A DNA stretch of 64,000 bases from Octopus sinensis (lineage: Eukaryota). Below are positions 48,435 through 62,812 of this stretch, in pieces. The notes below the pieces were generated by a model. That model saw nothing but the letters and a program-made list of their open reading frames with translations, was not told where the DNA came from and made no database searches. How positions within the stretch are numbered: the first letter of the stretch is position 1; every line of letters starts with the position of its first letter. The translations under genes were made by a program, and so were the position numbers. The stretch is from NCBI RefSeq assembly GCF_006345805.1, contig NC_043009.1, positions 30,504,001 to 30,568,000 of the forward strand, given 5' to 3'.

Positions 48435-51354
48435 AGAGATTTCTTTTATTTTTAGAGGTCACCTTGATCAAGTCTACAAGCGACCAGCGATAAAAATTAG
48501 CCTCCAACAGTATCTTACCACGTTTGTACTTAGCAAAGAAAGAAAAAAAAAAAACTCTAATGACGAACTACTTTACGTATCATAAAACGCTGAAAATAAA
48601 ATTTAAAAGAATGCAGAACATACTTATCTAGGGGAAAACAAGTCCCAGAAAATGGATGTTTGGAGGGTAAAAACTGATCGTGTAGTAACATTTGTAATAA
48701 TCACTTATACTGTCGTTCATGTTGACAGCAGATAGATGAACTCTGACCTATATCATGAGGTATGATTGAGTAAGAATGCAAGTTTGCTGTTAATTTGAAC
48801 CGAAATGTATGTTAATCGTAGGCGAATACAGCATCAATTTGCTTCTATAGCAGGAACATACTGCGGTATATTCGTTCTTTTTTATGTCTCTCTTTTCGAA
48901 ATACTTGTTTTTGTGCTTACTTATATAATTATAAATATGCATTTCGAGGTTTAGACCCAATTAGAGATAAATCAAACAGCCAATAATAATGAATAAGTTA
49001 CGTTTCCTTGTTCCTGAGGTACTTGATGCCTATGAACAAAAAACACAACTATTAATGCTTATTAAGAGTTTTTGAGAGAACCCGTTTTAATGAGCAAACG
49101 TAGTCTGAATTATCAAGTTACTTTAGTCTGTTCAATACATCATTAGGTAAGATAACCAACAATATTAAAGAAAGTACACCATTACATCAGATGACCACCC
49201 AGTCAAATGGAAGCATTTCTACAGACATTAGAGACATTTACTACTGTGCAATTCCCGGTGAGTGTATCTCCTTCGTTATAAACCATTTATTTCTGAAACT
49301 TTTTAACTTTAATGTTTTCAGATTTAATACGATAATGTCTGCAAGTCTTAATCAGCGATTAGGCATAAAAGTAATTTCAACTGACCACAGTTTTAACACT
49401 TTTGTTGCTATTTTAATGATATCTTGTCACTCTGTTCCCGCCTTAAATTTACTGAGATGATGAGACTGCATTATATGATTGCTAATAATGTCTCATTTGA
49501 ATTGGCTTGACTTGGAAGAGGTTGTGTCCTATGACAGTCTCAGACACAAGACACATTAAAACTATTGTGTTGATGCTCATCTTGATAACCTGGACGTTGA
49601 TGGAAGTTTAGCAAAGCTGTTCAGGGGAAGGAATTTCAGTGGGCCAAGGTTCTGAGTAAGAATAAAACGATGTAATCCAAAGTGGAATATGTAGCTCTTG
49701 ACAGTTGGACTTAAACAAGTCAATATATATAATTCTTGACTTAGGGCATAATTCTTGGCTTACAGGCAAATATAGCTTTAAGGTGGTAGATTTATAGTCT
49801 GCGGCGTTAAATTACTATTTCCCGATATTGATAATAACAAGTTTACTCGCTATACTGTATTCCTTCTAAGCCAAGCGACGACATTTTCTCTCTCTCTCTC
49901 TCTCTTCCTTACAATCAGATAAATGCCAACATTCTGAAATTGTAGAAGTTTCTATTCATCACGTTTGTTTGACTTATTCAATCATCTCCATCCAATCTAT
50001 TGGTCTAAGTTTCCGCAGGTTCCAGATATTTTCCTTAATTTTTAAGACAGCTTATTCATTTGTTCTGATAAACATAATTCTGAAAATATTAGAATGGAAA
50101 TTTTTTGTTCTCTTCAATCACAATTAAAAAAAATAGTTGTATTGCAAAACTTATCTTCTACTTAGTACAGGCAACTATTTTTTAACTTCTTGTTGGTGAA
50201 TACTGCATTTTAACTACTATGCTCTCAGTCTAACAGAAAATAAATTAATAATCGAATTCAAAAGAAAAATAAAACAATGAATGAATAGTGAAATGATGAT
50301 AAAATTTACTCTGTGAACGTATATACACGTGTTAAATGTTAAACAAATTTGTTAAACAACATGTAATATAAGACATCATTTGTCTCTTTTACTTAAATAA
50401 ATTTGTAAACACATTGCGAATACAAAGAGCTCATACTTTCTCTATTGTATTCTCTATATAAAATTTTCACTTAGAATTGACACAACAGTTCTTATCTTGG
50501 AAATCTATTTTATTTGATAAAGAAAACATAACAAAACGTGAAGACAATTCTCGAAAGAGAAAGAGAACATAAGAAGCGTTAAAATAAAACCGTTCGCTCT
50601 GTTTAAAGAGCACAATTAAATAAATATATGAAACGAAATCTAGTTGTTGTTTGCGTTATTATGGTAGTTCTTGTTTTAAAGACAAATCTTGATTATATTC
50701 ATTTAAAGAATTCTTGGGAGATAATCTTCTTATGAAACTTTATCTCACAAATGATATGATTAAAAATAGATTAATGTGGGCTGCGAAAACCTATTCATTC
50801 AAACGGTATTTAGCGAAGACAGAAATAAAAGGAAGGCAAAATACAAGTTAAGGAAATAATTGTTTCGTTCTTTAAAAGAGTCTGAAGAAATATTTTCAGT
50901 GTAAGTGTTTGGAGTTTGAAAGAAAAATGCCAATAAAAGAGAAAAAGAAATGTCTATTTCACAATAATCGAAACGTGAAAATACCGTGTTGTTTGTTTCG
51001 AAATTGGTCCTTATCGAGTTGATATATATGATGAAACATATTCCTTTCTTGAGTAATGGCTTAGTTTGCCGTCCCTGGACTCCGAGCCTCCGAGGCTGTA
51101 CAAGCTTTTAAACTAGACCCAATGGTGCCATTCCCGTAACACCGTTGCCAGGAACGGGAGTCCCTTCATCCCCTCCCCCAGTTACGCTACTATCCATGAT
51201 CATCAGTCGGTAAAGTGTACTTCGGTGTGGATTAATCTCTTTTAAGATTACAAAGTGTGGATTGAGGGATATTTAGATTACATTTCTAGAATATCGAACC
51301 GTATCTAGAGGCAACCTACCTACTTCGTAAACCGAAAGGTATAATTCTGGCTCC

Positions 51355-51548
51355 AAATTTTGGTACAAGGTCAGCTATTTCGGGTTTGAGGTTAAATCGA
51401 TTGACTTCAGTACACAACTAGTACGTGTTTTATAAAAAGGATGAATGATAAAGTCCAACTCGACGGAATTTAAACTTAGAACTTAAAGACGACAAAATAT
51501 CGCTAAACATTTCACCCAGCATGCTAACGATTCTGCCATCCTGCCACC
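51355..51548 (-). mobile_element. SINE family B, diverged
   Basis: CAGCATGCTAACGATTCTGCCA head on the minus strand. Confidence 0.75.
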
Positions 51549-51624
51549 CAACGGTTGTCTATAATATTAGGAAGTAACTCGAATGTGATACTTTCAACAA
51601 TTTTACATATGAAACGATATTAAA

Positions 51625-51976
51625 AGTAACAAGAGCACTCAGAGAGCGTAAATCTCCACCAAGGCAACACCAACGTCCTCTCAACGATTAGACGGCGATG
51701 ATCTTTAAAATGAGAATATCTGAAATAAACTCGACTGCTCTCATAAATGAGAATACTAAAAGCGAACCCGACATCTCTCAAAAATTAAGTAAAGAAACAG
51801 GAAAAATAATCCAGAATCCTTGTTTGGTACTAAATCAATCCCCAAATCTAATTAGTTCCTGCCAGTCACGAGGCCAAGCATCCCCTAAAGTTTTATCCGA
51901 ATCCATCCAGCGGTTCTTGAGATCTTGTCCACGGACACACAAACACAACTGAAACAATACCTAAGGCGGAGGTAAT
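51625..51976 (+). mobile_element. HINE/DINE-like non-autonomous element
   Basis: 5' AACAAGAGCACTCAGAGAGCG..CTCCACCAAGGC and 3' ACAATACCTAAGGCGGAGGTAAT. The subterminal CTCC(G/A)CC and GGCGGAG motifs are inverted. Confidence 0.55.
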
Positions 51977-52659
51977 GAATGCAAATATGTTATGAGGCTC
52001 TACATATTCATGCTTTAAAATAAAAATAAGAACATTTATACAAAATATGATATTTCTATAGCTGGGATCTATAATTTCGTGTACAGTAGTTCATTAGATT
52101 AAACAGTTCAATATAATTTGGCGAAATAACTGAACAGTTCATAAACGTTTCATTGTGCTGAATTCATCTTCTCTGAATATATAATGTATTAGTTTGGCTG
52201 TGGAGAAATGAATGAAACGGCATTATAGTATTGTTAAAACTAAATGGACAAAATCAAATAATATTAGTAAAACGTGTGAGACTATAATGCCTTAAACTAC
52301 ACTAACATCAGCTCGATTTAGGTGCTTTTGACTCTAGGGGTCTTCAAATGTTCTTAAGAACAATCAAATGTTTCTATTATGTTACAGACTCATGTTATAT
52401 TTGATAAAGAAAATATTGACTATCTGTCCTTGAATATTGACATGAAATATTGATAACATTAGAGAAATTGAGATAGTCAGTAGTAATTTCTAGGCAGGTG
52501 AAACCTCCAGGTCCCCCCTTTAGGATGATGGTTCAAAAGATATTTGCATGACATTAATAAACGGCTTTTGGCGATCAACTAATGTTAAGATATTACGAAT
52601 TCGGAAGAACACAATATGAAATTTAACTAATATAATTCTTGTTTGTATGTGTGTATGTG

Positions 52660-52701
<42 letters not shown>

Positions 52702-52709
52702 TTGTGTGT

Positions 52710-52764
<55 letters not shown>

Positions 52765-53232
52765 TAGCAAAATTGGTCGAAAATGTACAGTGAAATCGCT
52801 ACGGAGAGTGGGAAAATATAACGTTTCGGAAAGAATTCTTCTTCGGGAAAAAAGAGAGATATTAATGAGCCTGTAGACTTTTACTGAATTTAAATTACAG
52901 AACCTGGCAGCAACAAAGAGGATGTAAAATATTTTTGTCTTTAATTACTCTCCCGTCAGTATTTTTTCTTTTCTAAAGATAAACTCTTTCCAAAAACTTG
53001 CATTTTCCACTTTATATCGATATTATTAACTTGCCTACGCAGACCAACTCCAATCTCTTTGGATTCTGTTTGATACACACATACCTCATGAGTAATATCT
53101 ACGGGGTTGCCTATTCACAATTATCTTACCTACTACATACCTTGCAGCATTGTACAATATGTGCATGTCTAAAGATATCAATGTGTCATTTTAAAAGATT
53201 TCACTGCAGCTCTCAATCTCTATCTATATATA

Positions 53233-53282
<50 letters not shown>

Positions 53283-53721
53283 GGTGGATTTTGTGTGCAT
53301 GTATTTGTATGTGCAACTTTGTGATGTTGCGAATACTGTCTTTATGTCGCCGTTCTTCCGATATTTATATGGCTTTGGTAAATATCTGTTTGGCCATAAC
53401 TACACAATTGCACAATGAACATAGCAAAGTGTAGAAGCTTTCGCTTTATGCAAGCCATACATTACTGCACATAACTTAGAGCAAATGGCTTTAAGGACTC
53501 CCAATTTTGATAAATATATCCGGGGTAAATTGCGATTTGGAAATCTTTCGTACTTATGATTTATTTCTTCATAATAATGTCTATTATGAAGTGCTAAACT
53601 CTCTCATCGTTCATTACCACACAGAAATATGGATGCAGAAGAATTATTTTCAAGAAGACCACGGAGGAATACAACAGAACTTTGTGACATCTCACATTCA
53701 ACTGTATTTTGGCAATAGTTT

Positions 53722-53935
53722 CTGAGATTGGCACAAAGCCAAAAGTTTTGAGGGGAGGGGATTACCCGAAGCCATTTTCGCCAGTACTTCACTGCTATTT
53801 TCATTTTATACATTCCGACAGAGTGCAAAAAAAGTTTTCGTCGGTGTTATTTGAACTCAGAGCATAAACACCCGGATCAAATGCCGCAAAGCATTTCTCT
53901 GATAGTCTAATGATTCAGCCAGCTTTCCCTCCTAA
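53722..53935 (-). mobile_element. SINE family B, heavily diverged
   Basis: TTTGAACTCAGAG, AATGCCGCAAAGCATTT and GATTCAGCCAGCT blocks. Confidence 0.65.
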
Positions 53936-54354
53936 CTGTCCAGCTGGGATTAAGCGAAGAGGAAGCGAAACAGATTGCTATGTCCCTAAATGAATAAAAC
54001 GACTCGTTCATCTTGTATATCGTTTCCAATTCTGTATTCAGTTACCAAAGATATTTGCGAAACAAGTATTTAATGATGTCAACACTTTTTACTCACTGTT
54101 GAAAATTATCGGAATATGGTCACCTAGGCGACATATTCCAGAGTTCAATTCATCATATAAGCACCGAAACCTATTGTTTAGTCTGGTCCTTATATAATCG
54201 CTCCCAATTATTCAACCTAGATTTTAATTAGTGTAAAAGTTTGACGAGCAGGTTTTAAGAGGTTTAAAGTTAAATACAGATACGCACACAAAAACACACA
54301 TAGTATATAGACACATACATATATATGTTATATATATTTAAACGAACATGCGTG

Positions 54355-54407
<53 letters not shown>

Positions 54408-54479
54408 CGTACACATGTACATGTACACACGCACACACATATATACATATATAGATGTATATATATATATTATTTTACT

Positions 54480-54570
54480 TGTTTTAGTAATTTTATTGCA
54501 GCCATGCTGGGTACCGCCTTTAGTCGAACGAATCGACCCCAGGACTTACTCCTTGTAAGCCTATCGTTTT
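54480..54570 (-). mobile_element. SINE family A 3' fragment
   Basis: GCCATGCTGGGTACCGCCTTTAGTCGAACGAATCGACCCCAGGACTTA. Confidence 0.75.
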
Positions 54571-54582
54571 CCTTTGCTGCAC

Positions 54583-54885
54583 CGATGATATCTGCCCTAA
54601 TATGTACATGGTTATCAGCCTTTTTTTTTTTAAATTGCTAACAAACGCACTTTCCACTTACTTTTCTGGGATGTCACTGTTTCCCTAGGGCTTACATATT
54701 GTAAATCTATGCATAACTTTTTCCCATTCTCTAAACTGCAAGTACTCTTTTCATGGATTTAATGTGTTTACATCAAAAATAACTGGTGAAATACAAGTGT
54801 TTCAATATGTATACAGACGGGCAATTGTCGATATTTGTATATTAGTATTTATGTTAATTGGTAGGTTATAGGAAACTCGAAAAAG
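54583..54885. repeat. ~300-bp direct repeat, copy 1
   Basis: Aligns by eye with 55978-56286 from CCGATGATATCTGCCCTAATATG to GGAAACTCGAAAAA, with scattered substitutions. Confidence 0.9.
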
Positions 54886-55977
54886 GCAGTCGTGTATACA
54901 TGTCAAGAGCAGGGCTCATTAACCACCAACGAAGCCGCAAATGCAAAATATATGTTAGTCCTAGAGCACACAATGTTCCTGAAGGTCAGCAATGGTATTT
55001 CTCGGTCACGAGTGGACAGCCATCTTCATCACACATATATAGGTGAAGTTTATGGGGATGTATATTGCTCAAAATTTTTACCCACGAAATTGTCTTGAGA
55101 ATGAGCTGGTAAGTTCGCTGCTAATCCAGAAGACATTAACATATGGTGTCATGTAGTGAAATCGAACCTGAAATACGTGTTTATGAAGTAAACTTCCTAA
55201 GCACACAACCATGCTTGTATCACTGTAGCTCTTTCTCTCTCTTTCTTACTTTATGTGGTGTGTGTGTGTGTGCTTGTGCGAGTGTGTATATATATGTACG
55301 TTTGCAAGTGTGTGTATATCAATTTTTACTTTACTATTACAATCAACAATTGACATTTACAAACCTAATAGACAAAAAAGCACTTCGAATTTTGTTTATG
55401 CGTTAGTGATTAAATTAAAACAAATTTATATGTGAACGTATGCGCATGCGTGCATAGTTGTGAGTGTGTCTAGATGTGCCCAAGTAGGTGTGTGTCAATA
55501 AACGTAAGCATGCATTGCGTGTGTGTGTATGTGTATGTATGTGTGTGTAATATTACAGGGAAGGCTATATTTATGTTCTTATAATATATACCGTTGATTT
55601 TAGAAAGTGTTTTCTTAAATTGAACAGGAATGATCAGTCTTATGTAGAGATTACATAAAAACATAGCACGACTAACTATATTCATATCCATTAGGGGACA
55701 GAATCTAAAATACCCCTAATAACAAAAACAAAAATAATTAAATGTAGGTAGGAGATCAAACTGAAGCCAAAATGCCTCCAGGACACAGAGAGCATTGAAA
55801 TGGACACATTTAAGAAACAACAAGTCTGTTGATATTTCCATATATAACTCGGCGATCTTGCTTACGATTTATAGAAAATCAATGCCGTAATGTGTAGACT
55901 TTAGCTTGGGATTAAGTGCTACATAGCACTGAATAGATACACCACTTCAATCTAATGCCATTCCATCTAAACCGTTT

Positions 55978-56286
55978 CCGATGATATCTGCCCTAATATG
56001 TATATGGTTATTAGCTTTTTTTTTAAAACATTAGCTAACAAACGCACATTCTACTTGCTTTTCTGGGATGTCATTGTTTCCCTAGGGCTTACACATTGTA
56101 AAGCTATGCAAAACCTTTTCCCATTCTCTAAATTGCAAGTACTCTTTTCATGGATTTAATGTGCTTACATCAAAAATAACCGGTGAAATACAAGAGTTTC
56201 AATATTATGTGTATACAGACGAGCAATTGTCGATATTTGTATATTAGTATTTATGTTAATAGGTAGGTTATAGGAAACTCGAAAAA
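55978..56286. repeat. ~300-bp direct repeat, copy 2
   Basis: Aligns by eye with copy 1 at 54583-54885. Confidence 0.9.
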
Positions 56287-56513
56287 TGAACAAACTTATA
56301 CATACGCATATATATATACATACGCTAGCAAACATAATCACTTAAATACACATAAGCACACGACAAGCCAGGCATATATTAGGAAATATAAACATAAATA
56401 CTTGCATACACACACTGATTTACGCATGCGTTTATGGTTGTAATAATGCGAGTACAAAAGTGTATTTGCACATACAGCCTGTGTATAGTGTAGTACAAAT
56501 AAAATTCATTCAT

Positions 56514-56519
<6 letters not shown>

Positions 56520-56572
<53 letters not shown>

Positions 56573-58037
56573 CAGCCACTCGCACATATATCCGTATATA
56601 TACACATATATTTGCATGTGTATAGAAACGCCTACATGCATATATACAGATAGACATAAACACATATATATTAATATATATATGTGAGTATATGTATCTA
56701 CACAGACATATATTCATAGGTTCTATTCCGCAGTAAGTGTATATATACGTACGGACGCAGTCAATAAGCACAGCTGATGCATCTATACGAAGAAAAACTG
56801 ATAAAAACAATGTATATTAATGCAAAAAAAAAATGAACAGCATATTTAGTTCCAATAAACAAATAAATATTTTAGAATGTAAAACAGTTCCAATATATCA
56901 TTATATATGAGAATGTATCAGTATTTACGCGATTATGTATTTTTTTCAACTTATATGTTTATGTCGTTATATAAAGGTGTGTGTATTTCTAAGTTCGTGC
57001 GTCAATAATGGTTATTTACGTAGTCATACACGCACACACATATACATGTATGTATTATACGTTGATATGTAATACATCTGTATATTCACATTTGTGTAGG
57101 CTCATATAAGTAGAAATAGAAATCTATGCTCAGTGGAATTCTGTAAAATGTGTCCTCTTCAAATATTCATACACACACGTATGCAAACGCAGAAATGCAT
57201 TTGCAGCGGGCCACATACATGTGCACACATTCGCACACCCATTATATATATATATACACTTTGTGTATATATATAAACTCGTACATTATATATATATATA
57301 ATATATATATATATACATATACATATACAGCCACTCGCACATATATCCGTATATACACATATATTTGCATGTGTATAGAAACGCCTACATGCATATATAC
57401 AGATAGACATAAACACATATATATTAATATATATATGTGAGTATATGTATCTACACAGACATATATTCATAGGTTCTATTCCGCAGTAAGTGTATATATA
57501 CGTACGGACGCAGTCAATAAGCACAGCTGATGCATCTATACGAAGAAAAACTGATAAAAACAATGTATATTAATGCAAAAAAAAAATGAACAGCATATTT
57601 AGTTCCAATAAACAAATAAATATTTTAGAATGTAAAACAGTTCCAATATATCATTATATATGAGAATGTATCAGTATTTACGCGATTATGTATTTTTTTC
57701 AACTTATATGTTTATGTCGTTATATAAAGGTGTGTGTATTTCTAAGTTCGTGCGTCAATAATGGTTATTTACGTAGTCATACACGCACACACATATACAT
57801 GTATGTATTATACGTTGATATGTAATACATCTGTATATTCACATTTGTGTAGGCTCATATAAGTAGAAATAGAAATCTATGCTCAGTGGAATTCTGTAAA
57901 ATGTGTCCTCTTCAAATATTCATACACACACGTATGCAAACGCAGAAATGCATTTGCAGCGGGCCACATACATGTGCACACATTCGCACACCCATTATAT
58001 ATATATATACACTTTGTGTATATATATAAACTCGTAC

Positions 58038-58045
<8 letters not shown>
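56520..58045. repeat. Near-perfect tandem duplication, unit ~755 bp, bounded by (TA)n
   Basis: CAGCCACTCGCAC occurs at 56573 and 57328. CTCGTACATT occurs at 57278 and 58031. Confidence 0.95.
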
Positions 58046-58078
<33 letters not shown>

Positions 58079-58663
58079 GTATATATATGTGTGTATATTT
58101 ATATGTATATATATGTATATATGCATATATATATATATATATATATATATACTTGTACTTATATAGTATTGTATTATATTATATCATTCATCTATAAATA
58201 TGTATACACATGTTAACACAAACACATAATCACATGTAAATACTGACATAGCCGTACTCATAAATGTCATAATGTTATACTTATACTCTGGGGAATCGGT
58301 AATGATCATTTGCTAAGCTTTTACTACTTCAAAGCTTATGATCACATTCCACAACTAGAAAACCAACACAAATACATGAAAATACTTACATGTTTGCGTA
58401 TCCATATATGCAGAAGCCTTCATTTATATACACGTACATGCATGCATATACACATATAAATGTATGTAGATGCGTTTGCATTCACATTGTATATTTCAAC
58501 ATTTATCCGAATATCTATACAAAATTCAACTATGATATCTGCAATTTTCTTGTGCACGCGCGCATATACACACGCAGACACACACGCACATACACATACG
58601 TCTTTACATATTCACCTGATGTATGTGTGTGTGTGTATGTGTGTGTCTCTCTCTCTCTCTCTT

Positions 58664-58724
<61 letters not shown>

Positions 58725-59528
58725 ATTCTTGCTTATTCAAACATACATATATATACGTAGAAAAATGAAAGAAGGGCACTCGACACACTTATTGCCAGTA
58801 GCATTGGCTCTCTTCAGTCGAACTGTCATTCAAATCCCAATGGTCGAAGACTAGCCACATGCTTGAAACTCAGAGTACCAAGAAGTCTTAATGAAGCTGC
58901 TTTGATTCGCTATGCTTGACGGCTAAATCTACAAGTTTTTTTTTCATTCCCTGTATATTTCCTCTTATATTCCTACTTGTTGAAGAGCATAGACTCGAAA
59001 AGTAGAAGATATTTCTTTGTTCTGTGTTAGTCCTGATCAAGAAATCTGTCAGTCTATGATCTGAGTTCTGCTTTATTTTGGGATAATGTATAATGTCTCC
59101 ATAAATGAGGTTTTGATTTTTCCATTTGTTGCAAGGATGTTAAGATTTTTCTTCATACTAAAGCTGTTCATAGGTGAACAGGACTAAGAGTGGCTGGTAA
59201 CTAAAGTCGTATGGAATGAAATGGAATATCGTTTCCTGAACCTGTGTTATGGAGAGTGTGTAACAGAGAGAGAGACAGACAGACAGACAGGCAGGTAAAG
59301 AAATTATAGTCTTTTATTTCTAATAACAAGAAAAAGCTTCTCCTTTAGACGCAGATTTCGAAAATCAAATCAATTCATTCTTTAGAACGCACCCTTTCGG
59401 AGCTTTTCAATGACATACACGCATATACATACACACATTTACCCTCACTTACATAGCATATAGATTATAGTGAATATATATATATATATATATATAATAT
59501 AATGTCTGTATATTTAGAGATGTATTTG

Positions 59529-59597
<69 letters not shown>

Positions 59598-61123
59598 TAC
59601 ATATAAATGTCTGTATATTTATATATGTATTTTTGTATGTATATATATATATATATATATAATATATATATATATACACACGAACGTATGTATTTATGTA
59701 TCTAAGTGCACATATACTTCCACGATCAGATTCAGAAAAGATCACGAATGCAACACACAGATTCGTCTTCTTAACTGAATAGATGTCATGTTATATCTTA
59801 TTATTTGGAGATGAGTTTTATATAGGCTAGGAAAAGCATTAACATCACCTCCTGCTCTTCCCTGAAGGCAGACAGGTAAAAGTATAAGGTAGAGATTTAA
59901 AATGGAAATTGTTATTCAGTCTGATTGGTTTCTGGGACAGTGAACAAATCTTGTCAGACAGGAAACACTGCAGACATGTGGCATCTTATTTCTTGTTTTT
60001 TGTTGTTGTTGTTGTTGTTTTAGCTTCTTTCATCCATTTATCAATATTTACATGCGATATATCTACTGCAAACATGCCCAGAAAAACGGTAATCTGGATT
60101 CTCGTGGCTTTTGCATCATAATAAAATACCTGAATAAATAGAATGAAACAAATAAAGACCTGTACACTTGCCACTAGAAGCTTAGACAAAGTAGAAGATC
60201 TGATTGTTATTAGCAAAACAAAACATTTCATTCACCCAACATCCTGGAAACCAAAGAAAAGAATAATAAAAGAGAAAGAGACAAGGAAATCTATTGTTAT
60301 GTGGAAGCGTTTTAGTCTTCTTCAGAAGATCTACGAGATTGGATTTAGTGTTTTTATGCACAAACTATTCACTTAGAAGAAGATGGCATATTCGGTAGAT
60401 CTCTTGTATTCTCAGGCACCAAGAATATTTACTAAAGTTAAATTTAGCAGAATGTTGGATGTTACTGTATTTGCTTCTGTGAACGGTCTGTTGAAATTCC
60501 ATTGTGACATGTTCTTTCATGTTTCTTGGAGAGGTATTGGTAATGGACGCTCACGAGAATAATGCTAGAAGGAATATGGAAAGCAACGTGTACCTAGCGA
60601 CATATGGACAAATGTATGAAACTGGTAACAAATACCACAATATATACCGGAAAAATCTGTTTCTGATTGAGTTATTACGAAGATATATCTTTTTGTAGAA
60701 AATCTTTGAAATACTAAATAACATGGAGCAAATTCGAAATACAAATAAATTGTCTTTTCCTTTTTATAGAAATGCATATGTTTGACTGTGCACGTGCATG
60801 TGAGTATTTATATACAAATGCATCTATGCGTACATACACAATATAACATTATGAGAAATTATATGTAATTGATTCATGGTTAATAATATATATTCACATA
60901 CATATGCATGTATACATACATATATATATATATACACTTTAATTAAAAGAAGCAGAAATATCACAAAAATTGTTATCAGAGATTCACGTTCCCGTTCTTA
61001 ACGTGAAACTCTGAGTAACAGTTTTTGTGACATTTCTGCTGCATTTAAGTAAAGCATATTACTCTACCTCTGGTGTTTGAGTACTCTTTTTTCCACCTTG
61101 TTTCACATTTATGTGCTTACTCC

Positions 61124-61210
<87 letters not shown>

Positions 61211-61496
61211 GTATGCATGCATATATATATATAAGTATACATATATGTAGGTGTGGGTGTATACACGTATATAAGTAGGTATGTTTATAGATTAGACGGA
61301 ATATAGGCAGTTGTACTAGAGTATAATAAAACAACTCGTATACATAGAGGTATGTTTAAATTTTGAGTAAGATATTTGAATATAAAAATAATGCTGAGGC
61401 GGTTGGAGATATTGGAAATTCTTCAAGTGAAATGCATGTAAATACAGAAACAGTGTTTTCATCCATTTCACTTTCATCAACGCTTCTATGCATAGA

Positions 61497-61805
61497 TGTT
61501 GTGGCACTTAGTCTTTATACGAAGACGAGGGTTCCAGTTGATCCGATCAACGGAACAGTTTGCTTGTGAAATTAACATGCAAGTGGCTGAGCACTTCACA
61601 GGCACGAGTACCCTTAACATAGTTCTCAGGGAGATTCAGCGTGACACAGAGTGTGACAAGGCTGGCCCTTTCGAAATACAGGTACAACAGAAACAGGAAG
61701 AAAGTGTGAGAGACAACTGTGGTGAAAGAGTGCTGCAGGGTTCGCCACCACCCCCTGCAACCGCGAGTCCGCTGCACTAACCACTAGGCCATTGTGCCTC
61801 CACAT
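61497..61805 (-). mobile_element. tRNA-derived SINE, family E (B-box region deleted)
   Basis: Minus head TGTGGAGGCACAATGGCCTAGTGGTTAG (A-box-like) and a LINE-like tail ..GATCGGATCAACTGGAACCCTCGTC..GTGCCACAAC. Confidence 0.7.
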
Positions 61806-62239
61806 GCATAGATATAGTTATATAGAAACACCTACGTTTTCTCAATTGGTCACGGTGTGAATGCAATGACACTGAACCTGGCTTCTTTTACACGTGATGC
61901 AAAAGTCTATACAGTAATTGGATCCTACAAATATTAACCAAATCTTTCACATTCCTAAAATACCATAATTTTTAGTGTTAAATATCAGCAGTTGAAAGTG
62001 ATAAACATGAATTAGCATAATAATATTATTAGCTAATAACAATAACAACGATATTGAGAATAGTGATAACGATATATATATATGAATGTATGTGTGACTG
62101 CGAGTATGTTATATAGTTATATATAAACATACAGACATAACACAAACATATGTATGTGTTATAAACGTACATGCATGTAGATATAATGTATAACTTAGAT
62201 AACTTTGGTAACTTCAATGCTTCGATCAAAAATTGGCCT

Positions 62240-62716
62240 CAACCATGTCTAACTTAATATCACCACCTGATAGGATTTGCTAAATCCTTTTTAAGTCAAG
62301 CTTTGTGGTACCATGGTCCATTCTAGTAGGGAGTTCTTATTGAGTGAGTTGTATCCAGGTATAAGTGGCTTATCTGGCATTCCTTGAGGAATTTTGACCA
62401 GGCTCTGTTTAAAGATAAGATCTTTTTCCTCTTTGATTTGCGTTGGGACAATATTAAATAGGGCCGGGCCTGTTGAGGGCAATAATTTATGTTGCAATGT
62501 ATTTATGTGATCCTGAACTGTGTAGGGGACGTATAGCACCTGATCTTAGCCTTGGATGAATTATAAGGTAATGTTAATGTTATTGGAGCAATAGTATGTG
62601 CAAACGATATATCGATTACAGCGGCGCTGGAGGGAATAGACATTCAATACTTTAAGGCGGTCCCAACAATCAAGATCAGTCATGTCCCTAATTCTTTTAG
62701 TGGATACCTCTGGGAT
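62240..62716 (-). mobile_element. CR1/L2/Crack-type LINE 3' fragment
   Basis: Frameshifted MTDLDCWDRLKVLNVYSLQRRCNRYI and STGPALFNIVPTQIKEEKD..FKQSL..PDKPLIPGYNSLNKNSLLEW, matching the typical C-terminal motifs of this group. Confidence 0.8.
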
Positions 62717-62747
62717 GGGTGATTCAATATAATATTATATATATATA

Positions 62748-62812
<65 letters not shown>

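Noticed and set aside
49189-49460. Plus-strand exon pair (ATCAG|..CCG|GTGAGT, then TTTTCAG|)
   Set aside because: Splice signals are good, but the peptide is unrecognisable and no consistent multi-exon chain could be built.
59900-60780. Degraded transposase-like coding sequence
   Set aside because: The composition looks coding-like, but all frames are broken and I recognise no DDE or other motif.
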